From Synechococcus sp. A15-28 (GTDB lineage Bacteria; Cyanobacteriota; Cyanobacteriia; PCC-6307; Cyanobiaceae), in NCBI RefSeq assembly GCF_014280175.1, contig NZ_CP047931.1:2220001-2252000 (forward strand): 32,000 nt of DNA, in the 5' to 3' direction. The notes beneath the pieces are model-generated. The model was given only the letters and a program-made list of their open reading frames with translations, had not been told where the DNA came from and made no database searches. Shown in pieces: positions 1 to 12,048 of this stretch. A program made the translations under genes and the position numbers. Positions within the stretch are counted from its first letter, which is position 1, and every line of letters begins with the position of its first letter.

Positions 1-1
1 G

Positions 2-313
2 CGGCGCTGGGGACCGCTCCGAGGTTTGTGGTGGCCCTACCGACGCCTGATTCCCCACCGATCGGTCTGGTCCCACGGGCCCCTGATCGGCACGGGCTTG
101 CGATTGCTGCTGCTGCTGGGGTGGTGGAGTCTGCTGTCAGCCCTCACAGGCTGGCCCACGAACGCAGGATTGCCCCAAATGATCCTTTGGCTCGAGCAAC
201 AGCCCCAGCAAGCGATCGCCCTCGTGATCGGCCTTGAGGCCAGCGCCTGGCTGCATCTGGTCCTGGATGGGGATCCCTGGCCTGTGGAGTGGGCCCAGCG
301 GCGCCGGCGATGA
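2..313 (+). CDS. C-terminal part of a hypothetical integral membrane protein (gene probably starts upstream of the window; possibly DUF2227-like)
   Basis: The frame is open from base 2, with no stop before the TTG at 26. Hydrophobic Trp/Leu-rich segments are present (GLRLLLLLGWWSLLSALTGW, AIALVIGLEASAWLHLVL). The HRSxWSH motif is reminiscent of DUF2227, but I cannot verify this. Confidence 0.4.
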   Translation, partial: RRWGPLRGLWWPYRRLIPHRSVWSHGPLIGTGLRLLLLLGWWSLLSALTGWPTNAGLPQMILWLEQQPQQAIALVIGLEASAWLHLVLDGDPWPVEWAQRRRR

Positions 314-343
314 CAAGGTGGGCGCGCATCGATTGCCCCCTCC

Positions 344-1156
344 ATGGCTTCAGACCGACCTGATGCGCTGCAGCAACTGATCGATGTGGTGGCCCGTCTG
401 CGGGATCCCGATCAGGGCTGCCCCTGGGATCTGCAGCAAACCCACGCCACGTTGGTGCCTTACGTGCTGGAGGAGGCCCATGAAGTGGCCGATGCCATTC
501 GCCATGGCGACGACGCCCACCTCAAGGAGGAATTGGGCGATCTGCTGTTGCAGGTGATCCTCCATGCCCAGATCAGCCGCGAGCGGGGGAGCTTTGATGT
601 TGATGCCATCGCGAGCGCCATCAGCGACAAACTGATCCGCCGCCATCCCCATGTGTTCGGCGGAGAGCCACGCAGCTGGGATGAGATCAAAGCCGAAGAA
701 CAGGCCGAATCCCTGGCCCGGTCCACCAGTCCCCTCAGCGATCGGCTGACCAGCAAGGTGCGGGGCATGCCCGCTCTGGCCGGCGCCATGGTCATCTCCA
801 AGCAAGCGGCCAAGGCCGGCTTCGAGTGGGATGACATGGCCGGCGTCTGGGAGAAGGTCCACGAGGAGCTGGACGAACTCAAGGAGGCGGTGGCCAGCGG
901 CGACCAGGGCCATGCCCAGGAGGAGCTGGGGGATCTGCTGTTCACCCTGGTGAACGTGGCGCGTTGGTGCAGCCTCGATCCCGAGGAGGGGCTGGCGGGA
1001 ACCAACCACCGCTTCCTCGACCGCTTCTCCCGGGTGGAATCCGCCCTGGGCGGCGATCTTCAAGGTCGCAGCATCCAGGAACTGGACACCCTCTGGCAGG
1101 CGGCCAAGGCTCAGATCAGGGCTGAACAGGCGCAAGCTCACGCCTCAGGAACTTGA
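344..1156 (+). CDS. mazG: Nucleoside triphosphate pyrophosphohydrolase MazG
   Basis: 270-aa ORF with two MazG-type halves, each carrying the EExxE..D / EELGDLL metal-binding helices (LEEAHEVADAI...EELGDLLLQV and HEELDELKEAV...EELGDLLFTL). Confidence 0.9.
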   Translation: MASDRPDALQQLIDVVARLRDPDQGCPWDLQQTHATLVPYVLEEAHEVADAIRHGDDAHLKEELGDLLLQVILHAQISRERGSFDVDAIASAISDKLIRRHPHVFGGEPRSWDEIKAEEQAESLARSTSPLSDRLTSKVRGMPALAGAMVISKQAAKAGFEWDDMAGVWEKVHEELDELKEAVASGDQGHAQEELGDLLFTLVNVARWCSLDPEEGLAGTNHRFLDRFSRVESALGGDLQGRSIQELDTLWQAAKAQIRAEQAQAHASGT

Positions 1157-1859
1157 TCACGGCAGCCCAGGCCTGATCGGCAAGATCCGGATCCCAGCGC
1201 CAGCCGTCATCACGCATGAAGGTGTGATTGGCCTCAAACAACAGGGTCTCGTGCTTCAGCCCACGCAGGGCCTCGAGAACCCCCTCGCGATCGTCAGCCG
1301 GTACGTGAGGATCGTCCGAGCCGAACAGCGTGAACAAGGCCCCCTGGATCTCGCCGGCCCGCTGCAGAGAATCAGCGACGCCTCGGCCCAGTTTTCCGTT
1401 CTGCAACCCGGTTGGGTAGAGGCAAGCCGTTGCACGCACCTCGGGTCGCAGAGCAGCACGGAAGGCGAGATGGCCACCGATGCAGAAACCGATGGCACCA
1501 AGGCGCTGCTCATCCACCTCGGCCTGGTCCCTCAGCCAGCTCAGCAACGCCTGGGCATCCGCGTCGTAGGCGGCGATCTCCGTGCGACGGGCGGCGTCGT
1601 TGCCCCGCAGTCGACCGATCGCGTCGGGCTCGATCACCGTCCCCACCGGCTCCAGGCGATGGAAGATCTCCGGCGCCGCCACCACAAATCCATAGCCGGC
1701 CAGGCGATTCGCCAACCGCAGGATCGGATCGCCGAGTTGGTAGATGTCCGAATAAAACATCAGCCCGGGCCAGGGGCCCTGCTCGACGGGCCGAGCCAGA
1801 TGAACCCGCATCAGGCTGTCGTCCACGGTCAGACCGATGGTCTGTTGCTCGATCCGCAT
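1116..1859 (-). CDS. Dienelactone hydrolase family protein
   Basis: Alpha/beta-hydrolase with the DLH-type nucleophile region GFCIGGHLAF and typical N-terminus (LMRVHLARP...PGLMFYSDIYQL). Start set at ATG 1859 (MRIEQQ). The longer 1919 start would overlap arfB by 47 nt. The 3' end overlaps mazG convergently by 41 nt. Confidence 0.8.
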   Translation of the reverse strand: MRIEQQTIGLTVDDSLMRVHLARPVEQGPWPGLMFYSDIYQLGDPILRLANRLAGYGFVVAAPEIFHRLEPVGTVIEPDAIGRLRGNDAARRTEIAAYDADAQALLSWLRDQAEVDEQRLGAIGFCIGGHLAFRAALRPEVRATACLYPTGLQNGKLGRGVADSLQRAGEIQGALFTLFGSDDPHVPADDREGVLEALRGLKHETLLFEANHTFMRDDGWRWDPDLADQAWAAVIKFLRRELAPVQP

Positions 1860-1872
1860 GGCAAGCGGTGCG

Positions 1873-2307
1873 TCACTCCTCAAGTGTTGGCCGATTGCCG
1901 CGCTGACGCTTGAGATCACCGCGCTTTTTCTTGGCCTGCAGACGACGCTTCACCGCACCGCGTCCTGGACGGGCGGACTTCCGCGATGGTGGCGGAGGCT
2001 GCAGACCTTGCCGCAGCAGCTCGGCCATGCGATGCAGAGCCTTCTGACGGTTCTGCCACTGGGAGCGCTCGTCCGCCACCACCACCCGCAAACAACCATC
2101 CGACAGCCGGGACGCCAGCTGCTCCAGCAATCGAGCCCGGCGGAAGGGGCCCAGCACCGAACAGGTTTGAAGATCCAGCACCAGCTCCACCCGCGAATCG
2201 GTGGTGTTCACCCCCTGGCCCCCCGGACCGGAGGCCCGCGAGAAGCGCCATTGCAACTCCCCTGAGGGAATCACCAGGCGGTCGGTGACATGGAGATCCA
2301 GGACCAT
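1873..2307 (-). CDS. arfB: Alternative ribosome-rescue factor ArfB (peptidyl-tRNA hydrolase, class I release-factor domain)
   Basis: GGQ motif ([17 protein letters not shown]) followed by a Lys/Arg-rich C-terminal tail. The ~144-aa size fits ArfB/YaeJ. Start taken at ATG 2307 (MVLDLHV). Confidence 0.85.
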   Translation of the reverse strand: MVLDLHVTDRLVIPSGELQWRFSRASGPGGQGVNTTDSRVELVLDLQTCSVLGPFRRARLLEQLASRLSDGCLRVVVADERSQWQNRQKALHRMAELLRQGLQPPPPSRKSARPGRGAVKRRLQAKKKRGDLKRQRGNRPTLEE

Positions 2308-2371
2308 GACCTCAAGCTGGCACCTCGACCCCATCAGCGAGTTCACTGGAGAGATCACGAACACCAGCGCC

Positions 2372-3214
2372 ATGGGCGGATGGATCGATGAAGAACACCG
2401 TGGGGTCCGCTACGGCCTTGCCGGAGAGGTGCTCGTGGAGGAGACCAGCCCGTTTCAGCGGATCAGCGTGATCCGCAGCGAGCGGTACGGCAAAGGCCTG
2501 CTGCTCGATGGCTGTTGGATGACCGCCGAGCAGCAGGAGCGGCACTATCACGAAGCGCTGGTCCATCCAGCCCTCTGCAGCGCAGAGGCAATCGAACGGG
2601 TGCTGGTGATCGGCGGCGGCGACGGGGGCACCGCCCGCGAATGTCTGCGTTACCCGGACGTGAGTCACCTTGACCTGGTGGAGATCGACGGACGGGTGGT
2701 GGAGCTCAGCCGGAAGCACTTACCGGGCATCGGCGGAGCGGCCTGGAGTGATCCCCGCTGTCACCTCACCGTGGGGGACGGCATCGCATGGGCCGCCGCC
2801 GCTCCTGATCAGAGCTACGACGTTGTGCTGGTGGATGGATCTGACCCGGCGGGCCCGGCGGAGGGCCTGTTCAATCGAGCGTTCTTTGAACACTGCAGGC
2901 GCATCCTCCGACCTGGCGGGGTGTTCGCCACCCAGAGCGAATCCCCGGAAGCCTTCCGCGAGGTGCATGTGGCCATGGTGCGCCTGCTGCGTGAGGTGTT
3001 CGGCCATGCCGACCCTCTCTACGGATGGGTGCCGATGTATCCCAGCGGCTGGTGGAGCTGGACCGTCGCTGCTGTGGATGGCCCCCGTTACCGAACGGTC
3101 CAGCCGGCACGGGCAGAGCAGGTGGCCGAGGGCTGTGAGATCTGGAGCCCTCGCTGGCAACAGGGCGCCCTGGATACCGTCCCCGCCTTCATCGCACGGG
3201 AGTTGGCGCGATGA
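2372..3214 (+). CDS. speE: Spermidine synthase (polyamine aminopropyltransferase)
   Basis: Family motifs are present: [38 protein letters not shown]. Start ATG 2372 (MGGWIDE) is preferred. In-frame ATG 2306 is an alternative that would abut the arfB start back-to-back. Confidence 0.9.
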   Translation: MGGWIDEEHRGVRYGLAGEVLVEETSPFQRISVIRSERYGKGLLLDGCWMTAEQQERHYHEALVHPALCSAEAIERVLVIGGGDGGTARECLRYPDVSHLDLVEIDGRVVELSRKHLPGIGGAAWSDPRCHLTVGDGIAWAAAAPDQSYDVVLVDGSDPAGPAEGLFNRAFFEHCRRILRPGGVFATQSESPEAFREVHVAMVRLLREVFGHADPLYGWVPMYPSGWWSWTVAAVDGPRYRTVQPARAEQVAEGCEIWSPRWQQGALDTVPAFIARELAR

Positions 3215-4074
3215 CCCCTTTCGACAGCGACGGCAGCATCTTCATGGGATCCCGCCGCGACCCAGCCGGCTGCCGCATCGGCCTGTTCGGCGTCCCTTAC
3301 GACGGCACCACCTCCTTCCGGCCAGGCACCCGGTTTGGACCGGCCGCGATCCGTGAGGTGAGCCAGGGCCTGGAAACCTATTGCCCGCAACTGGAGATGG
3401 ATCTGGAGGACCTGGCCTTTGCCGACCTCGGTGCTGTGGACATCCCCTTCGGCGCACCTGAACCCGTTGTGGAGGCCGTGCAACAGGCCACAGGGACTGT
3501 GCTCGATCTGGGTCTCAAACCTCTGATGCTGGGGGGCGAGCATTCGATCAGCTCCGGGGCTGTCGCCGCCGTCGCTGAACAACATCCCGATCTGGTGCTG
3601 GTGCAGCTGGATGCCCATGCGGACCTCCGGGAGGAGTGGCTCGGTGCCCGCCACAGCCATGCGTGTGCCATGCGGCGCTGCCTGGAGGTGCTGCCCAGTG
3701 GCGACCTGCTGCAGCTGGCCATTCGCAGCGGCACCCGCGATGAATTTCAAGAGCTGCAGAGCAGTGGACGGCGCATCACGGATGCAGCAGCGCTACAGCA
3801 AGCCCTGAAACCACTGCAAGGGAAACCGATCTATCTGACGGTGGATCTGGACTGGTTTGATCCAGCCGTGCTGCCCGGAACTGGGACCCCGGAACCCGGC
3901 GGCTTCCTGTGGAGGGATTTTGCAGCCGTGGTGGAGGTTCTGCGGGAGCATCGGCTCATCGCGGCCGATGTGGTGGAACTGGCGCCACAGCTCGACACCA
4001 GCGGGGTCAGCTCAGTTCTGGCGGCCAAGGTGACGCGAAGCCTGATCCTGCTGATGGGTGCGGCCGATCAATAG
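3211..4074 (+). CDS. speB: Agmatinase (arginase/ureohydrolase family)
   Basis: Mn-binding ureohydrolase motifs are present: [27 protein letters not shown]. The ATG overlaps the speE stop (ATGA at 3211-3214), and the pairing with speE matches the agmatine route to polyamines. Confidence 0.9.
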   Translation: MTPFDSDGSIFMGSRRDPAGCRIGLFGVPYDGTTSFRPGTRFGPAAIREVSQGLETYCPQLEMDLEDLAFADLGAVDIPFGAPEPVVEAVQQATGTVLDLGLKPLMLGGEHSISSGAVAAVAEQHPDLVLVQLDAHADLREEWLGARHSHACAMRRCLEVLPSGDLLQLAIRSGTRDEFQELQSSGRRITDAAALQQALKPLQGKPIYLTVDLDWFDPAVLPGTGTPEPGGFLWRDFAAVVEVLREHRLIAADVVELAPQLDTSGVSSVLAAKVTRSLILLMGAADQ

Positions 4075-4475
4075 AAGTGCCGTGCATCAGCCCGCTGTTG
4101 TCGCAATCGGGTGTGCTGCTGAGCGATCAGCTCCAGCACAAGGGTGGGATGGCGATGGATCAAGGCGAGGAAGCCGGAACGGTTCAACCGGATCACTGCC
4201 AGGGGAGTCAAGGCCTTGGCATCGCGGCTGTGGAATTGGTTGCTGGCCACAAGATCTTCGTAGAAGAACAACTGACCAGGGCCGTAACGAATGCGATTGC
4301 GGGGGCCACTGATCAGTTCCACCAGCCCCTGTTCAACGATGTGAATGGCCTGAACCGGCTCGCCACGGCGGAACACACACGCTCCCGTCGGAAGAGTTAG
4401 CCGATCGGCTTCAGCATGCTCACCGATCAGCTCCAGCGCGTTACTCACCCGAGACGACGAAGCCAACCAATTCAC
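4068..4475 (-). CDS. Cyclic nucleotide-binding domain protein
   Basis: 135-aa ORF with a Crp-type cNMP-binding beta-barrel pattern (VFRRGEPVQAIHIVEQGLVELI...GPGQLFFYEDL...AKALTPLAVIRL). It has a 7-nt convergent overlap with speB. Confidence 0.7.
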   Translation of the reverse strand: MNWLASSSRVSNALELIGEHAEADRLTLPTGACVFRRGEPVQAIHIVEQGLVELISGPRNRIRYGPGQLFFYEDLVASNQFHSRDAKALTPLAVIRLNRSGFLALIHRHPTLVLELIAQQHTRLRQQRADARHFY

Positions 4476-4566
4476 AAAAACAACATCTTATTTTGGCTGA
4501 CGAAAAAATTTGATCGCGTAACCGACAACACACCCAGCGACTCCTTGAACAAAGCTTCACCAATCC

Positions 4567-4869
4567 TTAAGCGAGGGCACGGTCAAGTTCAAGCTGCTGG
4601 TCCATTTCCTCATGCTGAGCTTTTTTGATCACCGGCAGCTGCGGCGAGCGAGGGGTCCAGTGATGGCAGACCACGAGATCTGCCACGTCCGCATGCACGG
4701 CCAATCGACGCAAACGGCACCAGCCCTCGACTGTTCCGGCTCCAGAACAATGCTGACAACTGCGACAGCAGTGCGTGCCCGCCAACAACAACCCTCGAGG
4801 AGCGCTCAAGTTAGTGACGGTCAAAAAAATGGACCAGTCCCGCTGGCAGATCTGCTGTTTCCTTTCCAC
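4567..4869 (-). CDS. Hypothetical Cys-rich small protein
   Basis: 100-aa ORF in a locally lower-GC gap between the cNMP gene and gcvT, with the Cys/His cluster THCCRSCQHC...C...CHH. I recognise no family. The coding call rests only on ORF length and plausible codon usage. Confidence 0.3.
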   Translation of the reverse strand: MERKQQICQRDWSIFLTVTNLSAPRGLLLAGTHCCRSCQHCSGAGTVEGWCRLRRLAVHADVADLVVCHHWTPRSPQLPVIKKAQHEEMDQQLELDRALA

Positions 4870-4912
4870 TTTCCACAGCTCTCAATGAGAATGCTGCGTT
4901 TTCCAGCCGTCC

Positions 4913-6016
4913 ATGACCCTGCAGCGCACGCCTCTCCATCAGCTCTGCCAGGACGGCGGCGGCCGCATGGTGCCCTTTGCAGGCTGGGAGATGCCTGTGC
5001 AATTCAGTGGGCTGATCCATGAGCACAAAGCCGTCCGCGAACACGTGGGCATGTTCGACATCTCCCATATGGGGGTTTTACGGCTGGAGGGGCCCAACCC
5101 CAAAGATGCACTGCAACAGCTGGTGCCGAGCGATCTGCATCGCATCGGACCCGGCGAAGCCTGTTACACGGTGCTGCTGAACGAGGCCGGCGGCATTCGG
5201 GATGACCTGATCGTTTACGACTGCGGTGCCCTCGACGACGACCAAGGTGCCCTGGTGCTGGTGATCAACGCCGCCTGCGCCGATGCAGACACCGCCTGGA
5301 TCCGAGAGCGCATGGAACCGGCTGGCCTCACGGTGACCGACATCAAGGACGGCGGCGTGCTGCTCGCTGTCCAGGGCCCTGACGCCATGGGATTGCTGGA
5401 GGAGTTGAGCGGTGAGGACCTCAGCGGGTTGCCCCGCTTCGGCCACCGCAGCCTCAACCTCCAAGGAATCACCCATCCGGTGTTCACAGCCCGCACGGGG
5501 TACACCGGTGAGGACGGTGCTGAGCTGCTGCTCAGTGCGGACGACGGGCAGAAGCTCTGGCAAATCCTGTTGGATCGCGGCGTCTGCCCCTGCGGGCTCG
5601 GGGCTCGCGACACCTTGCGTCTGGAAGCCGCCATGCACCTCTACGGCATGGACATGAACGCGGACACCACACCTTTTGAAGCCGGCCTGGGCTGGCTGGT
5701 GCATCTGGAGATGCCGGCGGAGTTCGTCGGTCGCCAGGCCCTGGAGCAAGCCGCAGCGTCCGGTCCCTCCAAACGGCTGGTGGGCCTCAAGTTGCAGGGA
5801 CGCGCCATCGCCCGTCACGACTATCCAGTGCTGCACAACGGAGAAACCGTCGGTGTGGTGACCAGCGGCACCTGGTCTCCAACCCTGGAGGAGCCCATCG
5901 CTCTGGCTTACGTCCCCACCAACCTCGCCGAGGTGGGCAGCGAGCTGAGCGTTGAGATCCGCGGCAAGGCCCAGCCCGCCGTTGTGGTCAAACGTCCCTT
6001 CTACCGCCGGTCCTGA
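4913..6016 (+). CDS. gcvT: Glycine cleavage system aminomethyltransferase (T protein)
   Basis: Strong family motifs are present: [46 protein letters not shown]. Confidence 0.95.
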   Translation: MTLQRTPLHQLCQDGGGRMVPFAGWEMPVQFSGLIHEHKAVREHVGMFDISHMGVLRLEGPNPKDALQQLVPSDLHRIGPGEACYTVLLNEAGGIRDDLIVYDCGALDDDQGALVLVINAACADADTAWIRERMEPAGLTVTDIKDGGVLLAVQGPDAMGLLEELSGEDLSGLPRFGHRSLNLQGITHPVFTARTGYTGEDGAELLLSADDGQKLWQILLDRGVCPCGLGARDTLRLEAAMHLYGMDMNADTTPFEAGLGWLVHLEMPAEFVGRQALEQAAASGPSKRLVGLKLQGRAIARHDYPVLHNGETVGVVTSGTWSPTLEEPIALAYVPTNLAEVGSELSVEIRGKAQPAVVVKRPFYRRS

Positions 6017-6053
6017 GCTGTGGGAAACTCGCCTGTCTTCGGCTGAGACTCCC

Positions 6054-7886
6054 ATGCGCAGCAACGGTTGCGGCGACCTGCGCGAGCAGAACATCGACAA
6101 CTCGGTGCAGCTCTGCGGCTGGGTGGACCGGCGCCGCGACCATGGCGGGGTGATCTTCATCGACCTGCGCGACCGCAGCGGCACGGTTCAGATCACGGTG
6201 GATCCCGATCTGGGCGCCGACGCCTTCGCCGTCGCCGAGCATCTGCGCAGCGAGACCGTGCTGCAGGTGGAGGGGAAAGTGCGGGCCCGGCCTGGCGAAT
6301 CCCTGAACGACAAGCTGGCCACCGGTGCTGTGGAAGTGCTGGCCAGCGGCATCACCGTGCTCAACAGCGTCAAGGGCAACCTGCCCTTCCCCGTCTCGGT
6401 GCACGACGAGGAGAACACCCGCGAAGAGCTGCGGCTGCGCCACCGCTATCTGGATCTGCGCCGCAAGCGCATGAACGACAACCTGCGGCTGCGGGCCCAG
6501 ACGATCCAGGCCGCCCGTCGTTTCCTGGAAGATGAAGGCTTCATCGAGGTGGAGACCCCGGTGCTGACCCGCTCCACCCCGGAAGGCGCCCGCGACTACG
6601 TGCTGCCCAGCCGGGTCTGCGGCGGCGACTGGTTCGCCCTGCCCCAGTCCCCCCAGTTGTTCAAGCAGCTGCTGATGGTGGGCGGCATCGAGCGGTATTA
6701 CCAGGTGGCCCGCTGTTTCCGCGACGAAGACCTGCGGGCCGACCGCCAGCCGGAGTTCACCCAGCTGGACATCGAGATGAGCTTCATGGATCAGGAGCAG
6801 ATCCTAGAGCTGAACGAATCACTGATCTGCGCCATCTGGAAGGCCGTGAAGGGCATCGACCTGCCGCGACCCTTCCCGCGCATGACCTGGCATGACGCCA
6901 TGGAGCGCTACGGCACCGACCGGCCCGACACCCGCTACGGCATGGAGCTCACCAACGTGAGCGACATCGTCAAGGACATGGGCTTCAAGGTGTTCAGTGG
7001 CGCCGTGAAGTCCGGCGGCGCGGTGAAGTGCATCGCGGTGCCCGGCGGCAACGATGCGGTGAGCAACGTGCGGATCAAGCCTGGCGGCGACGTGTTCAGT
7101 GAGGCCCAGAAAGCCGGTGCCGGTGGCCTGGCCTTCATCCGCGTGCGCGACGGCGGTGAGATCGACACCATCGGCGCCATCAAGGACAATCTCAGCGATG
7201 AGCAGAAGCAGGAGCTGCTCAGCCGCGCTGGCGCGGAACCCGGCACCCTGCTGCTGTTCGGTGCCGGCGACACCGCCACGGTGAACAAGGCCCTCGACCG
7301 GGTGCGCCAGTATCTGGCCAAGGAGCTGGGCATGGTCAAGGCCGACAGCGACAACGACCAGTGGAACTTCCTCTGGGTGGTGGACTTCCCGATGTTCGAG
7401 TTCAACAGCGACGAGAACCGTTACGAGGCTCTGCACCACCCCTTCTGTGCTCCCAACACCGAAGATCTCGGCAGCGATGCGTCGCAGTGGGCCGACACCC
7501 TGCCAGGAGCCCGGGCCCAGGCCTACGACCTTGTGCTCAATGGCCTGGAGCTCGGTGGTGGTTCCCTGCGCATCCATGACTCCGCCCTGCAGCGCCAGGT
7601 GTTGCAGACGGTGGGTTTACCGCTCGAGGAGGCCCAGGAGCAGTTCGGCTTCCTGATGGATGCTCTCGATGTGGGCGCACCTCCCCACGGCGGCCTGGCC
7701 TTCGGTGTGGACAGGATGGTGATGCTGCTGGCCGGCGAGGAATCGATCCGCGACACCATTGCCTTCCCCAAGACCCAGCAGGCCCGCTGCCTGATGACCA
7801 ATGCCCCAGGGGGCGTGGCCGATAAGCAGCTGGAAGAGCTGCACGTCGCCAGCACCTGGGTGGAGCCCAGCGACGACGACGGGTGA
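6054..7886 (+). CDS. aspS: Aspartate--tRNA ligase
   Basis: OB-fold N-terminus ([24 protein letters not shown]) plus class II motifs ([39 protein letters not shown]). Start set at ATG 6054 (MRSNGCGDL). The track start at 5952 would overlap gcvT. Confidence 0.95.
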   Translation: MRSNGCGDLREQNIDNSVQLCGWVDRRRDHGGVIFIDLRDRSGTVQITVDPDLGADAFAVAEHLRSETVLQVEGKVRARPGESLNDKLATGAVEVLASGITVLNSVKGNLPFPVSVHDEENTREELRLRHRYLDLRRKRMNDNLRLRAQTIQAARRFLEDEGFIEVETPVLTRSTPEGARDYVLPSRVCGGDWFALPQSPQLFKQLLMVGGIERYYQVARCFRDEDLRADRQPEFTQLDIEMSFMDQEQILELNESLICAIWKAVKGIDLPRPFPRMTWHDAMERYGTDRPDTRYGMELTNVSDIVKDMGFKVFSGAVKSGGAVKCIAVPGGNDAVSNVRIKPGGDVFSEAQKAGAGGLAFIRVRDGGEIDTIGAIKDNLSDEQKQELLSRAGAEPGTLLLFGAGDTATVNKALDRVRQYLAKELGMVKADSDNDQWNFLWVVDFPMFEFNSDENRYEALHHPFCAPNTEDLGSDASQWADTLPGARAQAYDLVLNGLELGGGSLRIHDSALQRQVLQTVGLPLEEAQEQFGFLMDALDVGAPPHGGLAFGVDRMVMLLAGEESIRDTIAFPKTQQARCLMTNAPGGVADKQLEELHVASTWVEPSDDDG

Positions 7887-7987
7887 TTCCTCACCTCAGC
7901 GTGGCCGATCCCGAAGGTATTCAGCGCTTTTGTCGCACTGTCCACGGCTGCGGGGAACCCTGAAGACAGTTCCTTTGCTCTCTGCCG

Positions 7988-9121
7988 TTGCCCCGTCAAC
8001 CCAGACGGACCGGGGAAACCCGTGACCGCCGCAGCCGCAGCACGACGGATCTTCTGCGGCTGTACCTGCAGGACATCGGTCGGGTTGATCTGCTCACCAA
8101 CGAGGAGGAGGTGACGCTGGCTCGGCTGGTGCAGCGGCGGGAAGCACTGCTTCAACAGCAACGGGATCTGGCCAGCAGTGACGCCGCCATCGGAGAGCTT
8201 CATCGCCTCGAGGAGCTGCAACGCCGAGAGGCCAACCAACACAGCCATTGGCCCACCAAACATGAGTGGGCCCGGGCCGCAGACCTGACCCTGGCGGAAC
8301 TGCAACAGCGGATCGAAGCCGGCTACAGCGCCTGGGCCAGGGAAGCCAAGCTGGAAGCTCGAGAGCTCAAGACCGCGCTGCGCAACGGTCGCCGCGCCAA
8401 GGACCACATGATCCAGGCCAACCTGCGCCTGGTGGTGGCTGTCGCCAAGAAGTACCAGCAACGCGGCATGGAACTGCTGGATCTGGTGCAGGAGGGCACC
8501 CTCGGACTGGAACGGGCGGTGGAGAAATTCGACCCGACCCGGGGCTTCCGCTTCAGCACCTATGCGTATTGGTGGATCCGCCAGGGGATGACGCGGGCCA
8601 TCGCCACCCAGAGCCGCACGATCCGCCTGCCGGTGCATGTCACCGAAAAACTGAATCGGATCAAACGGGCCCAGCAGGAGATCGCCGCCAATGAAGGGCG
8701 CATCGCCTCGATCGCCGATCTGGCCCGGGCGCTGAAGCTGAGTGAGGACACCGTGCGACAGACCCTCGCCAGGGTTCCCCGCTCAGTGTCATTGGACACC
8801 CGGGTGGGACGTGATCAGGACACCCAGCTCGGAGACCTGATCGAAGACGGCAAGGCCACACCGGAACAGAGCCTCACCCACGACGAGCTGCACAACGACC
8901 TCGAGCATCTCCTCGATGAGCTCACCAGCCGGGAGGCAGCGGTGCTGCGGCGCCGTTTCGGACTGGAGGACGACACGCCCCAGACCCTGGCTCAGATCGG
9001 CGAAGCCCTGAAACTCTCCCGCGAACGGGTCCGTCAGATCGAAACGCGGGCCCTGCTGAAACTGCGTCAACCGCAGCGCCGCAGCAAGGTGCGCGACTAC
9101 ATCCAAGGACTGGATTCCTGA
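7988..9121 (+). CDS. RNA polymerase sigma-70 family factor (RpoD-like, probably group 2)
   Basis: Region 1.2 ([13 protein letters not shown]), region 2 ([24 protein letters not shown]), region 3, and region 4.2 HTH ([20 protein letters not shown]) are all present. The only upstream in-frame start I see is TTG 7988. Confidence 0.9.
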   Translation: MPRQPRRTGETRDRRSRSTTDLLRLYLQDIGRVDLLTNEEEVTLARLVQRREALLQQQRDLASSDAAIGELHRLEELQRREANQHSHWPTKHEWARAADLTLAELQQRIEAGYSAWAREAKLEARELKTALRNGRRAKDHMIQANLRLVVAVAKKYQQRGMELLDLVQEGTLGLERAVEKFDPTRGFRFSTYAYWWIRQGMTRAIATQSRTIRLPVHVTEKLNRIKRAQQEIAANEGRIASIADLARALKLSEDTVRQTLARVPRSVSLDTRVGRDQDTQLGDLIEDGKATPEQSLTHDELHNDLEHLLDELTSREAAVLRRRFGLEDDTPQTLAQIGEALKLSRERVRQIETRALLKLRQPQRRSKVRDYIQGLDS

Positions 9122-9153
9122 GTCAAAATTGCGCGGTCTGCACGCAAACAACG

Positions 9154-9630
9154 ATGAGCAGCTCAATCAACATCGGCATCTCCGAGGACCAGCGTCAGCA
9201 GATTGCCGATGGTCTGGGACGGCTGCTGGCCGACACCTGGGTGTTGTACGGCAAGACCCATGGATTCCACTGGAACGTGACCGGTCCGATGTTCAACTCC
9301 CTGCACGGGATGTTCGACACCCAATACAACGAACTCTGGGATTCTCTGGATGAGATCGCGGAACGCATCCGCGCCCTGGGCATGCCCGCCCCATTCGGTG
9401 ACAGCACCCTCACCAAGCTGGCGTCGCTCCAGGAAGCAAGCTCCATCCCTGCTGCCATGGAGATGGTGCAACAGCTGATGAGCGACCACGAGGCTGTGGC
9501 ACGCACCGCCCGCACTGTCTTTGACATCGCGGATGGCGCCAACGATCAACCCACCGCAGACCTGCTCACCCAACGCCTGCAGGTGCACGAGAAAACCGCC
9601 TGGATGCTGCGCAGCCTGCTGCAGAACTGA
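9154..9630 (+). CDS. dps: Dps family DNA-protection/ferritin-like protein
   Basis: Dps signature is present: [22 protein letters not shown]...[12 protein letters not shown]. The 158-aa size fits. Confidence 0.9.
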   Translation: MSSSINIGISEDQRQQIADGLGRLLADTWVLYGKTHGFHWNVTGPMFNSLHGMFDTQYNELWDSLDEIAERIRALGMPAPFGDSTLTKLASLQEASSIPAAMEMVQQLMSDHEAVARTARTVFDIADGANDQPTADLLTQRLQVHEKTAWMLRSLLQN

Positions 9631-9642
9631 CCGATTCAGCCT

Positions 9643-11953
<2,311 letters not shown>

Positions 11954-12048
11954 TCCTTCCTTCCGCAATCTCGAAAAACCCTACAAATGTCGGACGCGTG
12001 AATTCGCTCATAACAAGAACATAAATATCAGCTGAAGAACTACGTATC

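Noticed and set aside
4700-4912. A glycine riboswitch might be expected upstream of gcvT.
   Set aside because: I could not find the conserved glycine-aptamer elements (GGAGAG ... ACCGAAGGGGCAA-like cores) in the 200 nt upstream of the start codon.
11954-12048. I looked for a tRNA gene, integrase or transposase at the borders of both low-GC segments. The other borders checked were 15517-15843 and 26624-27160.
   Set aside because: No cloverleaf-like GC-rich ~75-nt segment (no GGTTCGA-type T-arm) and no recombinase-like ORF was found. The only junction signature is the queE 3' end duplication.
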